Assembly: GCA_030248215.1 (NCBI GenBank)
Contig: JASANG010001276.1
Location: 62,001 to 126,000 of the forward strand
Direction: 5' to 3'
DNA: 64,000 nucleotides
Source of the DNA: Enoplolaimus lenunculus
Lineage: Eukaryota
This document shows, piece by piece, positions 1 through 13,148 of this stretch (positions are counted from its first letter, which is position 1; the number at the start of each line of letters is the position of its first letter). The notes below the pieces were generated by a model that worked only from the letters and a program-made list of their open reading frames with translations, was not told the DNA's origin and searched no databases. Both the position numbers and the translations under genes were made by a program.

Positions 1-520
1 AAATTTTTTAGCGTTTCTCAAAACGTCATTTTTTCATCAGTAAAAATAGCTTTTTCTCAAAATGACAAAAGCGGTTTGTATCTTTGACACGATTTCTTAC
101 GCGTTTGTTTTAAGGTCATATTGTGTCTTAATGCGTCGGTGTTTGAGCAAAGCTATGAATTGATAAGAAATTTATGACTTGTTTTGCATAAACATGGATG
201 AAGCAGAAGCAAGACTGGATGAAAGTTTCTTTGCATATAGATAAAAGACGCATACAAACATTTAACTCCACCCGACACAGTAGTGAAATCAGGACACGTA
301 CCGAACGCCCATGCATACTTGCTAAAATAATATGTTTACATATTATTACGACTCACATTAATAATCCTTCGATATTACCATTTTTACGGCCAATGTTACT
401 TTTAGGGGCGTCCTATTTTCTCGCGGGACAGCAAGACACAGGAGTGTAATTAGAGCAAACTCATATACTCCTGCCGACAGCATTATATATGCAGATGGGA
501 CAATGAGACAATCTTGTTTA

Positions 521-961
521 CTGTAGTGACCCGAATAAGAGGGGGGACTGATATTTATTTGTCAACCTCCAGAGGGTAACCCCCTTGTTATTCGGTTACG
601 GACTTTTATTTATTTTTAACCCGCACTCTGCCGTCCTTCGTTACTGATATATATTCGGTACTGCAACTGTCCGTTGAATTAAACGTTTATTTGTCTTGAA
701 TCAATAGTTTGAGCGATCATGCAAGGTTATACTTAGGAATGTACTTTCAAAAGTTAAATATGTTTTAAACATTCGAACTCAACTATATTAGTTCTTGAAG
801 TCATTTATGCATTATAATTAGGGATAATTGACATTTATGGACTCAAATTAGGGTTTAGGGACTCTATCCGCTTACGGTCTTTTATTAGGGATACGGACTC
901 CTATTGATTCGTACACAAAATGGGGACCCCCTTTTTTGATTACCCCCCTTTATTCGGGTCA
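521..961. mobile_element. TA-flanked MITE (CTGTAGTGACCCGAATAA TIR family, Tc1/mariner-pogo-like), right end clipped
   Basis: Starts TA-CTGTAGTGACCCGAATAAGAGG and ends TTATTCGGGTCA; colinear with complete copies at 41086 and 51247. Another right end lies at about 1975-2050. Confidence 0.75.
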
Positions 962-2659
962 AAATCGCTCAGTGAGTCGAATTTGACTCTGGCGGAGTCG
1001 AATTTTGACTCAGTTTGTGTGGTACGAAAAAGCCTATTTCTGAAAGAGTCACAATTTGATTCACCGTGTTTTGCAGTGTATGTACAGGTACAGTCCAGAA
1101 AATATTCGTTCCCACCCATTTTCCATACGCTTTATTCGTTTGAACTATGCCCACGGCAAGGGAAGGCGGTGGTCTGAGTGATTATAATGAACCAAGGTTT
1201 TTTCGGCCTTCTACAAGCGGATTTGACAATGAAAATATGTCGACGTTTGCAAGCTATTTCCCATAGTTGTACACGTAAGCGAATACTAAGGGCAGATTAA
1301 CGGGATTCAGAGATTTAATAACACTTTCAAATTAACAAAAAACTCAAAATTTTCAATTGAAGTTTACGTATTAACAGAACAGTGCCAAACAGATATTTGC
1401 GGGTTTCCTACAACTCATGAAATATGTTGACGTGACCAGTGATAGTGTAAGTTATGCAAGATATTTTTGGTTTCTTCTTTAAAATCCGTCTAATAATTAG
1501 TGTAAAATATGAATTTGTCAAAATGTTCTATGTTTGGCAACAGATAGCTTCAAAATAATTCTGCAATTGGTAGATATTAAATACTGACTGAAAAAATTAA
1601 TACAGCACTACAATTTAATATTATTATGCTTATTCATTTTAATATTAACACTGCTTGGAATTGCTTAAAAATATTGTTCAATCAACTCAATCAAAATGTT
1701 CACAGCCACTCACTAAAAATAGGCAAAAATGAAGTAAAACTATTGCCAAAGTCTCGGTTTTACTTTACTGTGGTGCTTGGCAAACTTTTACTTAATTTTG
1801 AGCAAACACGAAATTCTTAGTTTTACATTTGCTTAATTAATCAGCAAATGACAGCAGTAGTTTCACTCAGCAACGTACTCAATATGTAGGACACTTATAC
1901 TTACAAAACTTAGCAAAATATAACCAAAGCATTTTACAGAGCACACTTAAAGCGATTATGCCAGGCAGAGAATGAATACGGACTTCTATTCATTGAGACT
2001 AAAAATTGTGGGCTCCCCCTTATTACCGCCTTTTATTCGGGTCACTACAGTATGTATAAAACAAAACTAAAATTTGTTTCACGAACAAAATATATCTGTA
2101 CGCTACTACACAAGATTCACCTCAAAATATCTATGGTGCATCTTTATTAGCAACAAAGTACCATTTTCCGTATTTTTAAACAAACATGCGTGTGTTGCTT
2201 TTTATTTGGCCATTTGTATCCATGTTAATGTAACAGTTACATCAAAGAGTCTTGAATTCAAGACATATATGTCTGGAGTCTGTATCAAGACATTGTCTCT
2301 CAGGCAATATTTCTTGAATACAGAACAATTTATTTTGTGTGTAAAAAGCATGATTATGTTGTTAAAAAAGTGGGCCAATGTATAGCACAGGTGCTTCCAG
2401 TTTGCCAAGGTGGAGAACTTATGACCAGGAGTGCAGGGCAGCCACTCCCGTATGACGGTCAAATTTAACGCTGTTCTGGAAGAAAAAGAACCATAAGTGT
2501 GGCTGGGAAAACTGCAAAATTCAGACCCCTAGATATTCCCATGTTTAGTATAAAACTTTTGGTGTACAGGCTATGATCGCAAACGGGGAAAACTGAAAAA
2601 GTTACAGGTATAGGATTTCTCTTGGAAGGAAACATTTTTGGTACGACTGGAACATTGCG

Positions 2660-2895
2660 ATGTGTGGTTCGGGTCGGAAAACGGAAAAGTGGAAAACTGG
2701 AAAATTCAAGCGTAGGGCATAGGTTTTGGTTAGAAAACGGGAAAGTTGGATAAGTGGAAAATTCAAGCGTAGGGCATATCTTTTAATTGAAAAACGGAAA
2801 ACGTGAAAAATCTTTAAAGCCTTGGTTTACCCTGGGTTGGTAGGGAAAATTTGTCGCGTAGGTTTTGGTTGATAAACGGGAAAAGTGAAAAATTT
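2660..2895. repeat. Degenerate tandem repeat (GAAAACGGAAAAGTGGAAAA...AAATTCAAGCGTAGGGCATA units)
   Basis: GGAAAATTCAAGCGTAGGGCATA occurs twice and AAAACGG(G)AAAAG motifs recur. Confidence 0.55.
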
Positions 2896-3738
2896 TAATG
2901 ATTTGAGAATATGGGCACAGAAATAATCAAAGTTATGATATAGCTAGTTATCTTCTGTTTACTGAAAAAACTTGTGGTTCTGGCATATGAGATTCTTCAT
3001 AGCGCACCTGCCTCTGCCACACTGAGGTCTGAGAGGAAGATTTTATGCCAGATTCGAAATTTCATAAATGTTTGTGTATGGGCCAACATTCATGTAAATT
3101 GCAGAGCCTCTGAAGAAGCATTGAATTTTTTAATTTGTAAACTGGTGTACGGTCAGGACTGGTCAAAAACGGGGATTTTCGATCGATCCGAAGGCGCGTA
3201 TGGTCTACCTTCCGATTGATTTTGGAACAGTTTTGATGCAGTTATACACAAAGCTACTGCTCGCATGGGGTTACAGAACACTGTTTAATCCGTTTTGCTA
3301 GCAAGTATCAATTATGTAACGCAAAATAATACGAAACAAGCCCGTTAGTCCAATTTACATCAATTACGTTTTCCTCCGACTTTCGACGCTAATAAATTTT
3401 ATAAGAGGGCCATACAGTCGGAAAGTATTATCTATAAAAAATCCGGAACATGCAAAAGACGCGTGAAATCTGATCGCTATCCGTCGGACACAAAAGTTGA
3501 CTTTTGTTGTATATACCACTTTGAATGTCTATTTGGTGGTCTATTTGCTACGTCAACTAAAACAAAAATCTGAAACTTGAGTATGCGAACTCGTCGATAA
3601 TCCAACAATGTTTGGCAATATGTTTTTTATGTTTTAAACAATAAGTCAATCGAAATAAAATTTAAAGTTCATCTGCACTTGTTTGATGTAATAAGTAGCT
3701 TAGGACAATGCTCATGCTAATTCATCAAATAACGCACA

Positions 3739-4128
3739 GTTCACAAGAATTTCGTCAACGGTGTAACGAAATCTCCTATAGACATCTATCACTAGGTCAT
3801 TTTCAGAAAGAGTTCGTGATAGACCTGGTCTACAAGATATTTCTCGCTTAGTCCAGGGCTACCAGAGTTCACAGCCTTCCTGCAAATGCACAACAGCCCT
3901 AGACTATCACAAAATTTCTAATTTTTCGACACGCAGCACAAACACGTACGCAACATAAACGCGCAGTTTCGAGGACGGCAGGGACACCTGATACTATCCC
4001 TGGACTATATGGACTATAAGAGAAATCTCTTATAGACCAGGGCTATAACAGATTTGATTTCAAAACGACCTCATGATAGACTGGTCGATAAAAGATTTTG
4101 TGTCACTGTTGACAAAATTATCGTGAGC
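3739..4128. mobile_element. Degenerate foldback (long inverted repeat) element
   Basis: About 120-bp imperfect arms: GTTCACAAGAATTTCGTCAACGGTG...TAGTCCAGGG mirrored by ...GACTATAAGAGAAATCTCTTATAGACCAGG...CACTGTTGACAAAATTATCGTGAGC. Confidence 0.55.
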
Positions 4129-5195
4129 GTGGCATCACTGAGAAGCATACGTATTAAGTACCGGACCTCTTGCCAATAGTGTGTGAACCGGATATGTTTG
4201 ATTCATGCCTCGAATGTTATGGTCGTGTTCGTGAGCCATAAAAACTGTATTCGGCTTGCTGTCGCATGCGGAATTGTGTGGTACGCCAATGGCATTGAAT
4301 GATTATGCTATATAGACAATCCGGTTTCTATTATTTCGGATTTAAATATTATCAATATAAACGGATATCCCTGGTCAGACAATATAATATGTGTAACGAT
4401 GACCCGGTGTAGCGTATGCCGCTTCCCATTTCGCAAAATAAATATATATGTATTAGAGATGTCTCGGGGCCTGGCCCCGGTACTGGGATCTAAGGCCCCA
4501 GCACTGGGGCCGGCACGTTATTTGCCGGGGCTTAACCAGTGGCCAGTTTTTACACGCGAATCTTAACTGACTCGCATCAAAAACAATCTTATCACGCTCT
4601 GTTCTCGAATCAAAAATATCAAAATCACAAGAAATTACTGTGCACAGTATTTTTTATTTTCCCATGGTTTGCTGCACAGACTACACAATATATAAATTGT
4701 TTCTTATGGTGCTTCAACCAAAAGCTCGACATAATAAATTTCTTTCTATCATATAAAACGGAAAGATTGGTTGATTGGTTCAAATATCTTTTGCGATTTG
4801 GACCTGAGCGAAACACATGTTTCGATAAAATCGTAAATGTTTAATATAATTTGGCCAATAAAACTGGTGCATCAATTTACAGAAAACTTTTTTGCACCTT
4901 TGGACGAGTTGGATTGACTATATTAAACAAGGGATACATTAGCATATGCATGATGCAGTATTCGATAAACAATTTCGTAGTATATTCTTGAATTTGTAGC
5001 GCAATCCACTATCGCTGACATTTGCATATAGAACAAACGACTTCGTTAAACTTGGATATACCAGTATTGGTGCGTCGGGCAAGTGACGTTTCAGAGTATA
5101 AGTAACTCTAATAATGTAATCTGCATTGGCATGCATAGCATAAACTCATATTCATTTTTGTGTGTTTAAGAGCTGTTCGTAAACATTAAATAAAG

Positions 5196-8100
5196 ATGTC
5201 GGGCGGCCAGATACCATTTTTGGGCAGTAAAATCAGTCTAATTTCGAATTCTGAGATTCGATATGAAGGAATTTTGTATACAGTTGATACGCAAGAATCT
5301 ACTATCGCATTGGCAAAAGGTAATTAACATTTATATTTTTATGTGAATGTATAGTGGAATGCAATCTTTAGACCAATTTATAGACTTGCAAATAAACTGG
5401 TGGAGTAGGCTTGTAGCTTATTCCTATCTAAGATATTTTTGCATATACGTATATTTCTATCTAAGATATTTTTGTATATATTCGTTAAACTAAAACATTT
5501 GTTTTGCCAACGGTGTTTGAAAAACTTTTTTTAGGCTAAGCTAGCAAGAAGTTTTTGTGAATGCCGAAATACGCCTGGTTTCTAGCTCGCCACGCTCGCG
5601 AGGTTTCATGAATTGAGAGGCTCGATGTCAGAGGAACAGGCAACCCAAACATTGTCTTTGGATTTCATATATGCTTTCAAGAAAGGCGTCCGATTTGTAT
5701 AGCTCACTCCGCTCACGATATATTCTTTACTGGTGTAACTGTTGGTTCCCTAGATGAGATGGTTTTAACACATTATATCACACAGCCTTTCTAAACTAAG
5801 ATTTTGTATTGAAACTGATAAGCGTGTAATGTTTTATTCGTTTCGCTCGTGAAGTTTCCTTTGACTACTGCTAACATAGTGGAAGTGGATAAGGCACATT
5901 CCTTTCCAATGATCAATTTAAGTTTTGATCCCTCGAGCGAAGAGTCGTTTAGCCATTTCAATGACAAAATCTGAAAGAATTTTGTTGGTTTTCAGGAATT
6001 CCGATGAAACCCTACTGCACAATCTTTTGTTTGAGTCTGTTTGCAAGAACGGGAACAGGAAAAAGAACTGGAATTTGAAAACAATTTTCGTCACCGAATT
6101 ACTGTTGAACTTTTTGAAAAACTTGGCAAAATTTTTGAGTGAATTTTCAGATATTTCAGTATAAAGTTTTGCGAAAACCCATCAGAGACAGTTTGTTTAT
6201 TAACAAAATTGAACTAATTGCGAAAACACTCGTTTCGAAATAACAAATTTTTAAAGACAAAGTTTCCAGTATTTAAGTGATTGTGAATAATTTCCCACAA
6301 AACCCGAAAAATTCCGGTTCCTGCACCTTTGAATGCAGGAACTGGAACAATAACAGAATAAAATTTTTTGCATAATTTCCGGCCGGAACAACCTGAATTT
6401 AGGCCGTGTTCTAATCTGATGTGTTATTGTTTGCAGTAAAATCGTTTGGAACAGAAAATCGACCGACAGATCATCCTGTGGCGGCACGAGACGATGTTTA
6501 CGAGTTTATTATATTTAAAGCGACGGACATTAAGGATTTGATTGTATGTGAAAGCCCACAGCCCGTGCCTCAAATGCCTGGCGGTTTACCCTACGATCCA
6601 GCGATTGTACAAGTGTCCTCTCAGGTACACGAGATCTCCAAAGCGTTCGGGTTGTGTGTTACTCTAAAGAAAGTTTCTATCTGCATCGGCTAGTTAGATT
6701 CTTAACAGGATTCGAAACGGTATCACTTTGTCAACAATATATTTGTACATATTGGATTTTGAAAGGAAACTTTCAAGAAGTTGAACATTTGTGAATCAAA
6801 TCGTATAAGAAAGTGCATCCGTGTTTAAAAATGCCTTAAATAATTAGAAGAGGTCCTTAAGCATAAACCAGATCGCTGTGCAATAATTACGTACTTACAC
6901 ATCAAATGTTTAGTTGGCAGTAAACATTTTCTAAAAACACTAAAACTTAATTTGAACCACAGTTTAAAGATTTTTCGTGTTCAGTGTATGTCGATGTCAT
7001 GAAAATATACTTATCACTTATTTTGCAGAATGCTCAGCACGATGCTAGAGGACAATCTATTGGTAAGTGATGAACATGAAGCATCAACAACACATTACGT
7101 TTTATATAATCGCATAAACAATGCGCTAAATCTTATTTTTACAAGAAGTTAGGAAGTATAAATATAGTCACTGCGAATGTTTTTTGAAAATTAAGTTACG
7201 TTCTGTTCTGTTATTGTTTCACTTAACTTGTCAGCCATCTTTTAGTATGAAAACCACTGGCGACGTAATACATGTTTAAAATGTTTTTAAGTTGTTTAAA
7301 TGTTTTTGCTTTTTTTTGTTGTCACCGCCTTTGGGCGGTGACTTTGTTTTCGCTCGTTGCAATCATGAACGAAATATGTGTTGTAGATTGATTGGCAAGC
7401 ATGTTTTTGAACATGTTTTCATTATAAGTAAATTTTACAGCAGATCACGATTTTATAATTTCTCAAGCAGAAGTATAAAAAATTTTCATAACAGCTTGTA
7501 TACATATTATTGTTGTTAAAAGGAAGCGTCAAATTATTTTATGTTAGAAATTCTTCTGATAGAATAGTCCAAATTTTAATACTTATCATGTCATGATGAA
7601 TTGGTCAACAATGTTTTACTTTTAAATTTGTGCGTATTTAGTAAAAGGTAATTAATTCTGCAGCACATACTAAATTAAAATTAAGTATCTGCAACGGGTG
7701 ACACCAAGACATTAAACTGTTTTTTACTCGCGGTGACGTGACCTTATAATTGCCTATCAGGCTGATATCGTGTTTTTTTACAATTGTTACTGTATCAATC
7801 AACATAAACTTGTATTATCACTTTTGCTCTTTGTACAAAATGTTAGCTATTGCGTTTATTGATTTTAGGCAACCAACCACAACCATTAAGCCCAACAGGT
7901 GCTGCTGGGGCAATGGATGGTGTGCCTGGCAGCGGTAGTGCATTGAGTGACAATAGAGCTCCAGGGGCTGGACGACCACCTCCCCGAAGTCTGTTGTCAG
8001 GATCAATACCCAGTAGTGGTGGACAGCAATCGCAACAACCTGGTGGTGGACTGATGGGAATGGGTGGCCTACAGCAACAACAGATGCAACAGCCACTTTA

Positions 8101-11100
8101 CGACACGAGTGGCGGAACGGTTACATCGCCGCTGTTGTCGCCGTTAGCTGGCGGTGCTGGGGCAGCGGCTATTGGAGCGCCACAGTATCAACCGCACCAT
8201 TTACAACAACAACAACAACAGTTTGGACATGTTGGCGGAGGTACTTCGGTGCCACGCTCTGGCGGTAATGATACGACGCATCAACATCAGCATGGTTCTG
8301 CTGGGTTTGGAAGTATGTTTGTTTGCATATATGGAATTGGGATAATGGTGTTTACTGTTTATAGAGATCTGGTTCAGTCGTGGTCGGGCTTTTTGTGGTT
8401 CAGTTTCAGTTCAATCAGTGAGTGGATTCGAATTAACGCGCCCCAGAGTGCAAAACGAAACTGATTTACACCGTAATCGGAACAGGAAATTTATATCGGA
8501 ATTAGAAATTTTCGTAGCCCATAGTTTGTTCGCACCGATTGTTAGTATATGTATTTAGTATGCGCTAGGTCAGTATACCCGTTTCAGCGTGCATGTTATT
8601 CATGCTTTAATTTTCATAAAACACCAGTGGTTCTGAAACTTTGCAGAACTGGGGGTTCAAATTTCACATATTGCAAATAATACACGTTAGAAATGATGAA
8701 AAATTACAATTCCTATTCCGATTATAACTACAATTGGAACCGGAATTGGATATGAACCGAAATTCTAAACGGAATCGAAATGTTCTGTATTAAATATATC
8801 CGATGCAATTTATCGAGCTTATTTTGATCGCTAATAATCACAACGTCTTCCGTCTCTGGTGACAGTAGTATAGTTTTCAACTCATCACGATTTCAGTGGA
8901 CGTTCTTAACCTGAGACAGCAATTTTAAAATCTTAAAATTATTAAAATTTCAGTAAGTTGAAAAACTCAAACTAAAGATTGTTTTAGTTTCTGAAAGTTT
9001 AGGTGTATGACTGAGATACGTACTTTTAGGATTTGACGACTATACGTAATTTTTGTGAGTGGTTGTATAATGGGTTTTTGTACTTCAGGGGGATGGTGCT
9101 AAATTTCTAATGAGTTTGGTAGTTTTCAGCATGTATTCATAATATCTCGGAAATGCTACGCAACTTTGCCATTATAATCCAAGAGATACTGATGAATATT
9201 AATCGTTTACTCCCTGCGTATTTTCGATTTGAAAGGCTTTCGTCAATTTGGGGTTGCCTTTCGCATATTGACCGCGCTTTTAGTAGTTAATTATTATTGA
9301 ATAACTTGAAATATTAAACTGAACCTGTGTATTCGTCTGGTTCCGACGGAGTGGGGGCGGGCTTCAACCAGGGCCCCGGTTAACATACGGAGGAATTTAT
9401 GAGGGAGTAAGCTTTACCGGCAATGCTACTGTTTTTAAGAGAAAACCCCATAACTGAAAAATTATGAAAGGAATTGTGTTTAACGTTCGAAAAAGTTAAT
9501 TTTTTTTATATTTAAAAAATGCTTAACCGGGGGTCGAAATCTCGAGTTTCGGGGCTTTGACTCAGTGGGTGTTCAATTCGCCTCGCAAAATTGTTGATGC
9601 GACAGTATTGGTTGTGGCAGCATATAGTTCAGCTCACCATGAACCATGAACTGTCTCTAACTTATGTGCAAATTGTATGCTGTCTGATTCATAACAAAAC
9701 GGAGTTGGATAAAAGTATTAATTTGTCGTGAGAAGAATTATGGTATACCTGTCATGGGTTCAAGCAAAATTACATTCAGTGTTAACTAAATATCGTTTGT
9801 TGAGTTTAAATGCCCTCAGTGCTTTTAGCATTGCTTTAGTTAACCTTAATGCTATTTCGGTTGCGGTATTGGTGTATTGATAGTGTGTAAAATAATATTG
9901 TGATGTGTTTTGTTTTCTGTAGTGATTCTGAAATGTTATACCAATGTTTGGGATGACAGTTTACTTTTAGACACAGAATATCGTCGCAGCAACTTTCAAT
10001 CATCGAGTAGCGCAGCGCCGCGCTACCAAAGCCAAAATAAGATGTCCGGTCGTAATGGAGATTATGGTGAGATTTTTAATACATATAAGTTGATCCGTAT
10101 TGATTGATATTAACCTGCTAACAATGTGCTAGTAATAATCATAGGACCAACCCAATACTTTAATATGAAGAAACATTGCGTTTTATAGGATGCAGTTCTG
10201 ATTGTAGCCGTTTTTAGCTGACTTATGCAACTGCCGTGTTTAGAATTATACGCTTGTCTTGTAGCTACTGTTGATTTTCAATTACTTGTTGGAAATATTA
10301 CTTCTAAAATACTATAGAAGGTAAAATTGCAAACTATTGCATGCAGGATAATATAGAAAAGACTCTGACTCTGTTCACTTATCTGTTTAGTATGTCGTTT
10401 CGATGGACCCATTGGCCCCTTCTAGAATGTAATCTCGTGTGTGGCTTACTAAGGATTTCTGTACCCTTTTCATTTATTTTTTCTAAAATACGAATAAGAT
10501 GAAGAGGCAGTTTTTGAGCAGAGAATTCACAGAACTGGGAACAAAATTTCGACAAATTGTTTTATTTCGAAGTTTGTAATAAAGGGTGTTAACTTAACGT
10601 GTTGGCGTTGCAAAATGCAGCGTTTTAATTTGTTATGTGATTAGCATAATATAGGTTAACAAACAGAAATCCTTTCATTTGTTTTGTTAATAAGACAGTC
10701 TTGTTAATTAAACCTATTAGGTATGTATTTTTAAAAATCTGGTTAACAGCCGTAATAGCGTACATAATGCTGAAATTAGATTGCTTGTAACTGTAATAAA
10801 TAGTGAAATAATGTAGAAAGTCCTAATTTAGGCTTAACTACTTATGCAAATTAGCCTGTAGCTAATAAACCGCTTAAAATTTTTAAACCGCAATGCGAAG
10901 TTAACACCCCAGGATACTTAGCTTTCAAACAAAAAAGTTTATCAAAATCGGTTCAGCCGCTCCTGAGATTCTTTTCAGAGGGACGGACGGACATCCACCT
11001 TTCGACTCCAGAGTCCAAAACATAAAATGCTTCGCGACAAACCTCCAAAACCGATAATTGAGTTGTTAGCTAATAACTAATTTGCATATTACCTTAATTG

Positions 11101-13089
11101 CTTACGTGTGTTCGAGCTTCGCTCAGTAAATGTAGTCCTACGACAGGTTTATGTATAGTTTGCTGGTCAGTTTCGCTTACTCTTATGTGCCTATACTTAT
11201 GCAAATAGTTTCAGTGCGATACGTTTACTAGATTCCGTTTAATATTTATGTGCTTCACACATTTGAAATGTGTGAAGCACATACATTTGTTCCATGTAAT
11301 TATGCCGATGCCAATTTTAATATACAATGCTTAAAGAACAGAGGGAATACACCATTACATAATTAAAATTCAAACCCTAACAACCATAAAACGTTATAAT
11401 TTCATGAGAACGATTTTTTAAATATTTTTTTTAAACACAAACGCAAGAATTATAACGATTATCATGATCAGACGCACGATATATATCAACAATTATTGAA
11501 ATTGATAGCATTCCAACTGAATGTTGTGTGCAAACGGTATCGGCAAAGAATCGGTAATTTTTTCCAGTGAAGATGCTGATACTATCGAAAAGTGCCGATT
11601 ATTACCGATGCCGATTAATCGGAACATCCCTATAAGAAACACTTTTAACATATCGCTGTAACTTTCTTTGCCACTTAGTAGGGTACTCGCTAATTTCCGT
11701 ATTAACTATGAACATCATTGCGTTTGAACTTATAGTCAGCAAGTAGGTCCGAGGTTCGCTCATTACGTGTAGGGCCACTACGAAGGGTTATAAAATATAA
11801 ATCTTATGGTATGGCGTTATGGTAGTATACAAGGGATTGCGGTTACACAATTCTTAGGTCTATTTATTGCATCTTGCATTTCTGTGAATCATGTAGTTTT
11901 GAACCGATACGTCCTAATTCCTCGAAATTACATAACGTTATATTTGAGATCATTTCGATCCTGTAAAATAAATTCATCTACCGTAAGATTCGGGCAAACT
12001 AGCCGCTTAGTTTCATATGATTCTAAATCTAGTATTGGCATATTGCGCTATGCAGCATTATCTAAAGACATACTGTTACGTAATATATAATTATAGGGTA
12101 TACGTCAGGACGTTATGGAGGTGGCGGTGGTTTTGCACGATCGTCGTTACTTGGCAATTCATTTGGTGGCGCCGGCGGTAACGACTCGGCAGTAAGCAAC
12201 AATCATCACGGCGGAGGTGGCTTCCGAACGTACAGTGCGGCACTCCGACGTCCATCGGTTGATGGCAGCAGCGGAACCGGCTTTGCTAGAGGCGGACGTG
12301 GGGGCGGTCCTGTAGGAGGCAGTAGAGACGAACGGTGAGTGGAGTGAAGGAAATGATGCAGTTTTAGTGTAAAATTGGTCAAAGTGTGACTTAATTTGCA
12401 GTCTTAACTTGTTTCATTTGTTTATATTGCTGGGTGCAACGGGAATTACAATTTACCGGAACCGGAATTTGAAAAAATTACCGCAAACGGGACCGGAATT
12501 TGAAAAAATTACCGGAAACGGAACCGGAATTTGAAAAAATTGCCGGAAACGGAACCGGAATTTGAAAAAATTACCGGAAACGGAACCGGAAGATTTGTCT
12601 TTTTGCAATATTATTGGTGAAATAACCCTAGTTGGAGATAGGTATTCATTTTATCTGCTGTAAATCCACGGAAGCGAAGTCTACCTTTAATGGTTTATTT
12701 TCGGCGATTTTCAAGGTTTACATACTATAGTAATGAAATTATTTAATTTTTATCGTCATTTTCTTGTAAAATATCTTAATTTCCACCGATCAAAATTTAA
12801 TATCGGAATTTTTCATTCCGGTAAAATTTCACCGGAACCGGAAGGTGAAAAAATGCCGGAACCATAACCGGATTTCCCGTTGCACCCAGATATATAGTAT
12901 TATAGTATTATGTAACTATTCATGTAGTTGATTTGTTTTCACATTAATGTTTTCATTTACCTACTTGTAGCAACAGTCATGTTGTTTCACTTTCTAGTGT
13001 TTGCGCGAATATAATGCTCAATTTTTTGCCTTTTTAGGAACAATCATGTTGATTGTTTTTCTGTGTTATTGTTGTAAATATTATTGTTT

Positions 13090-13148
<59 letters not shown>
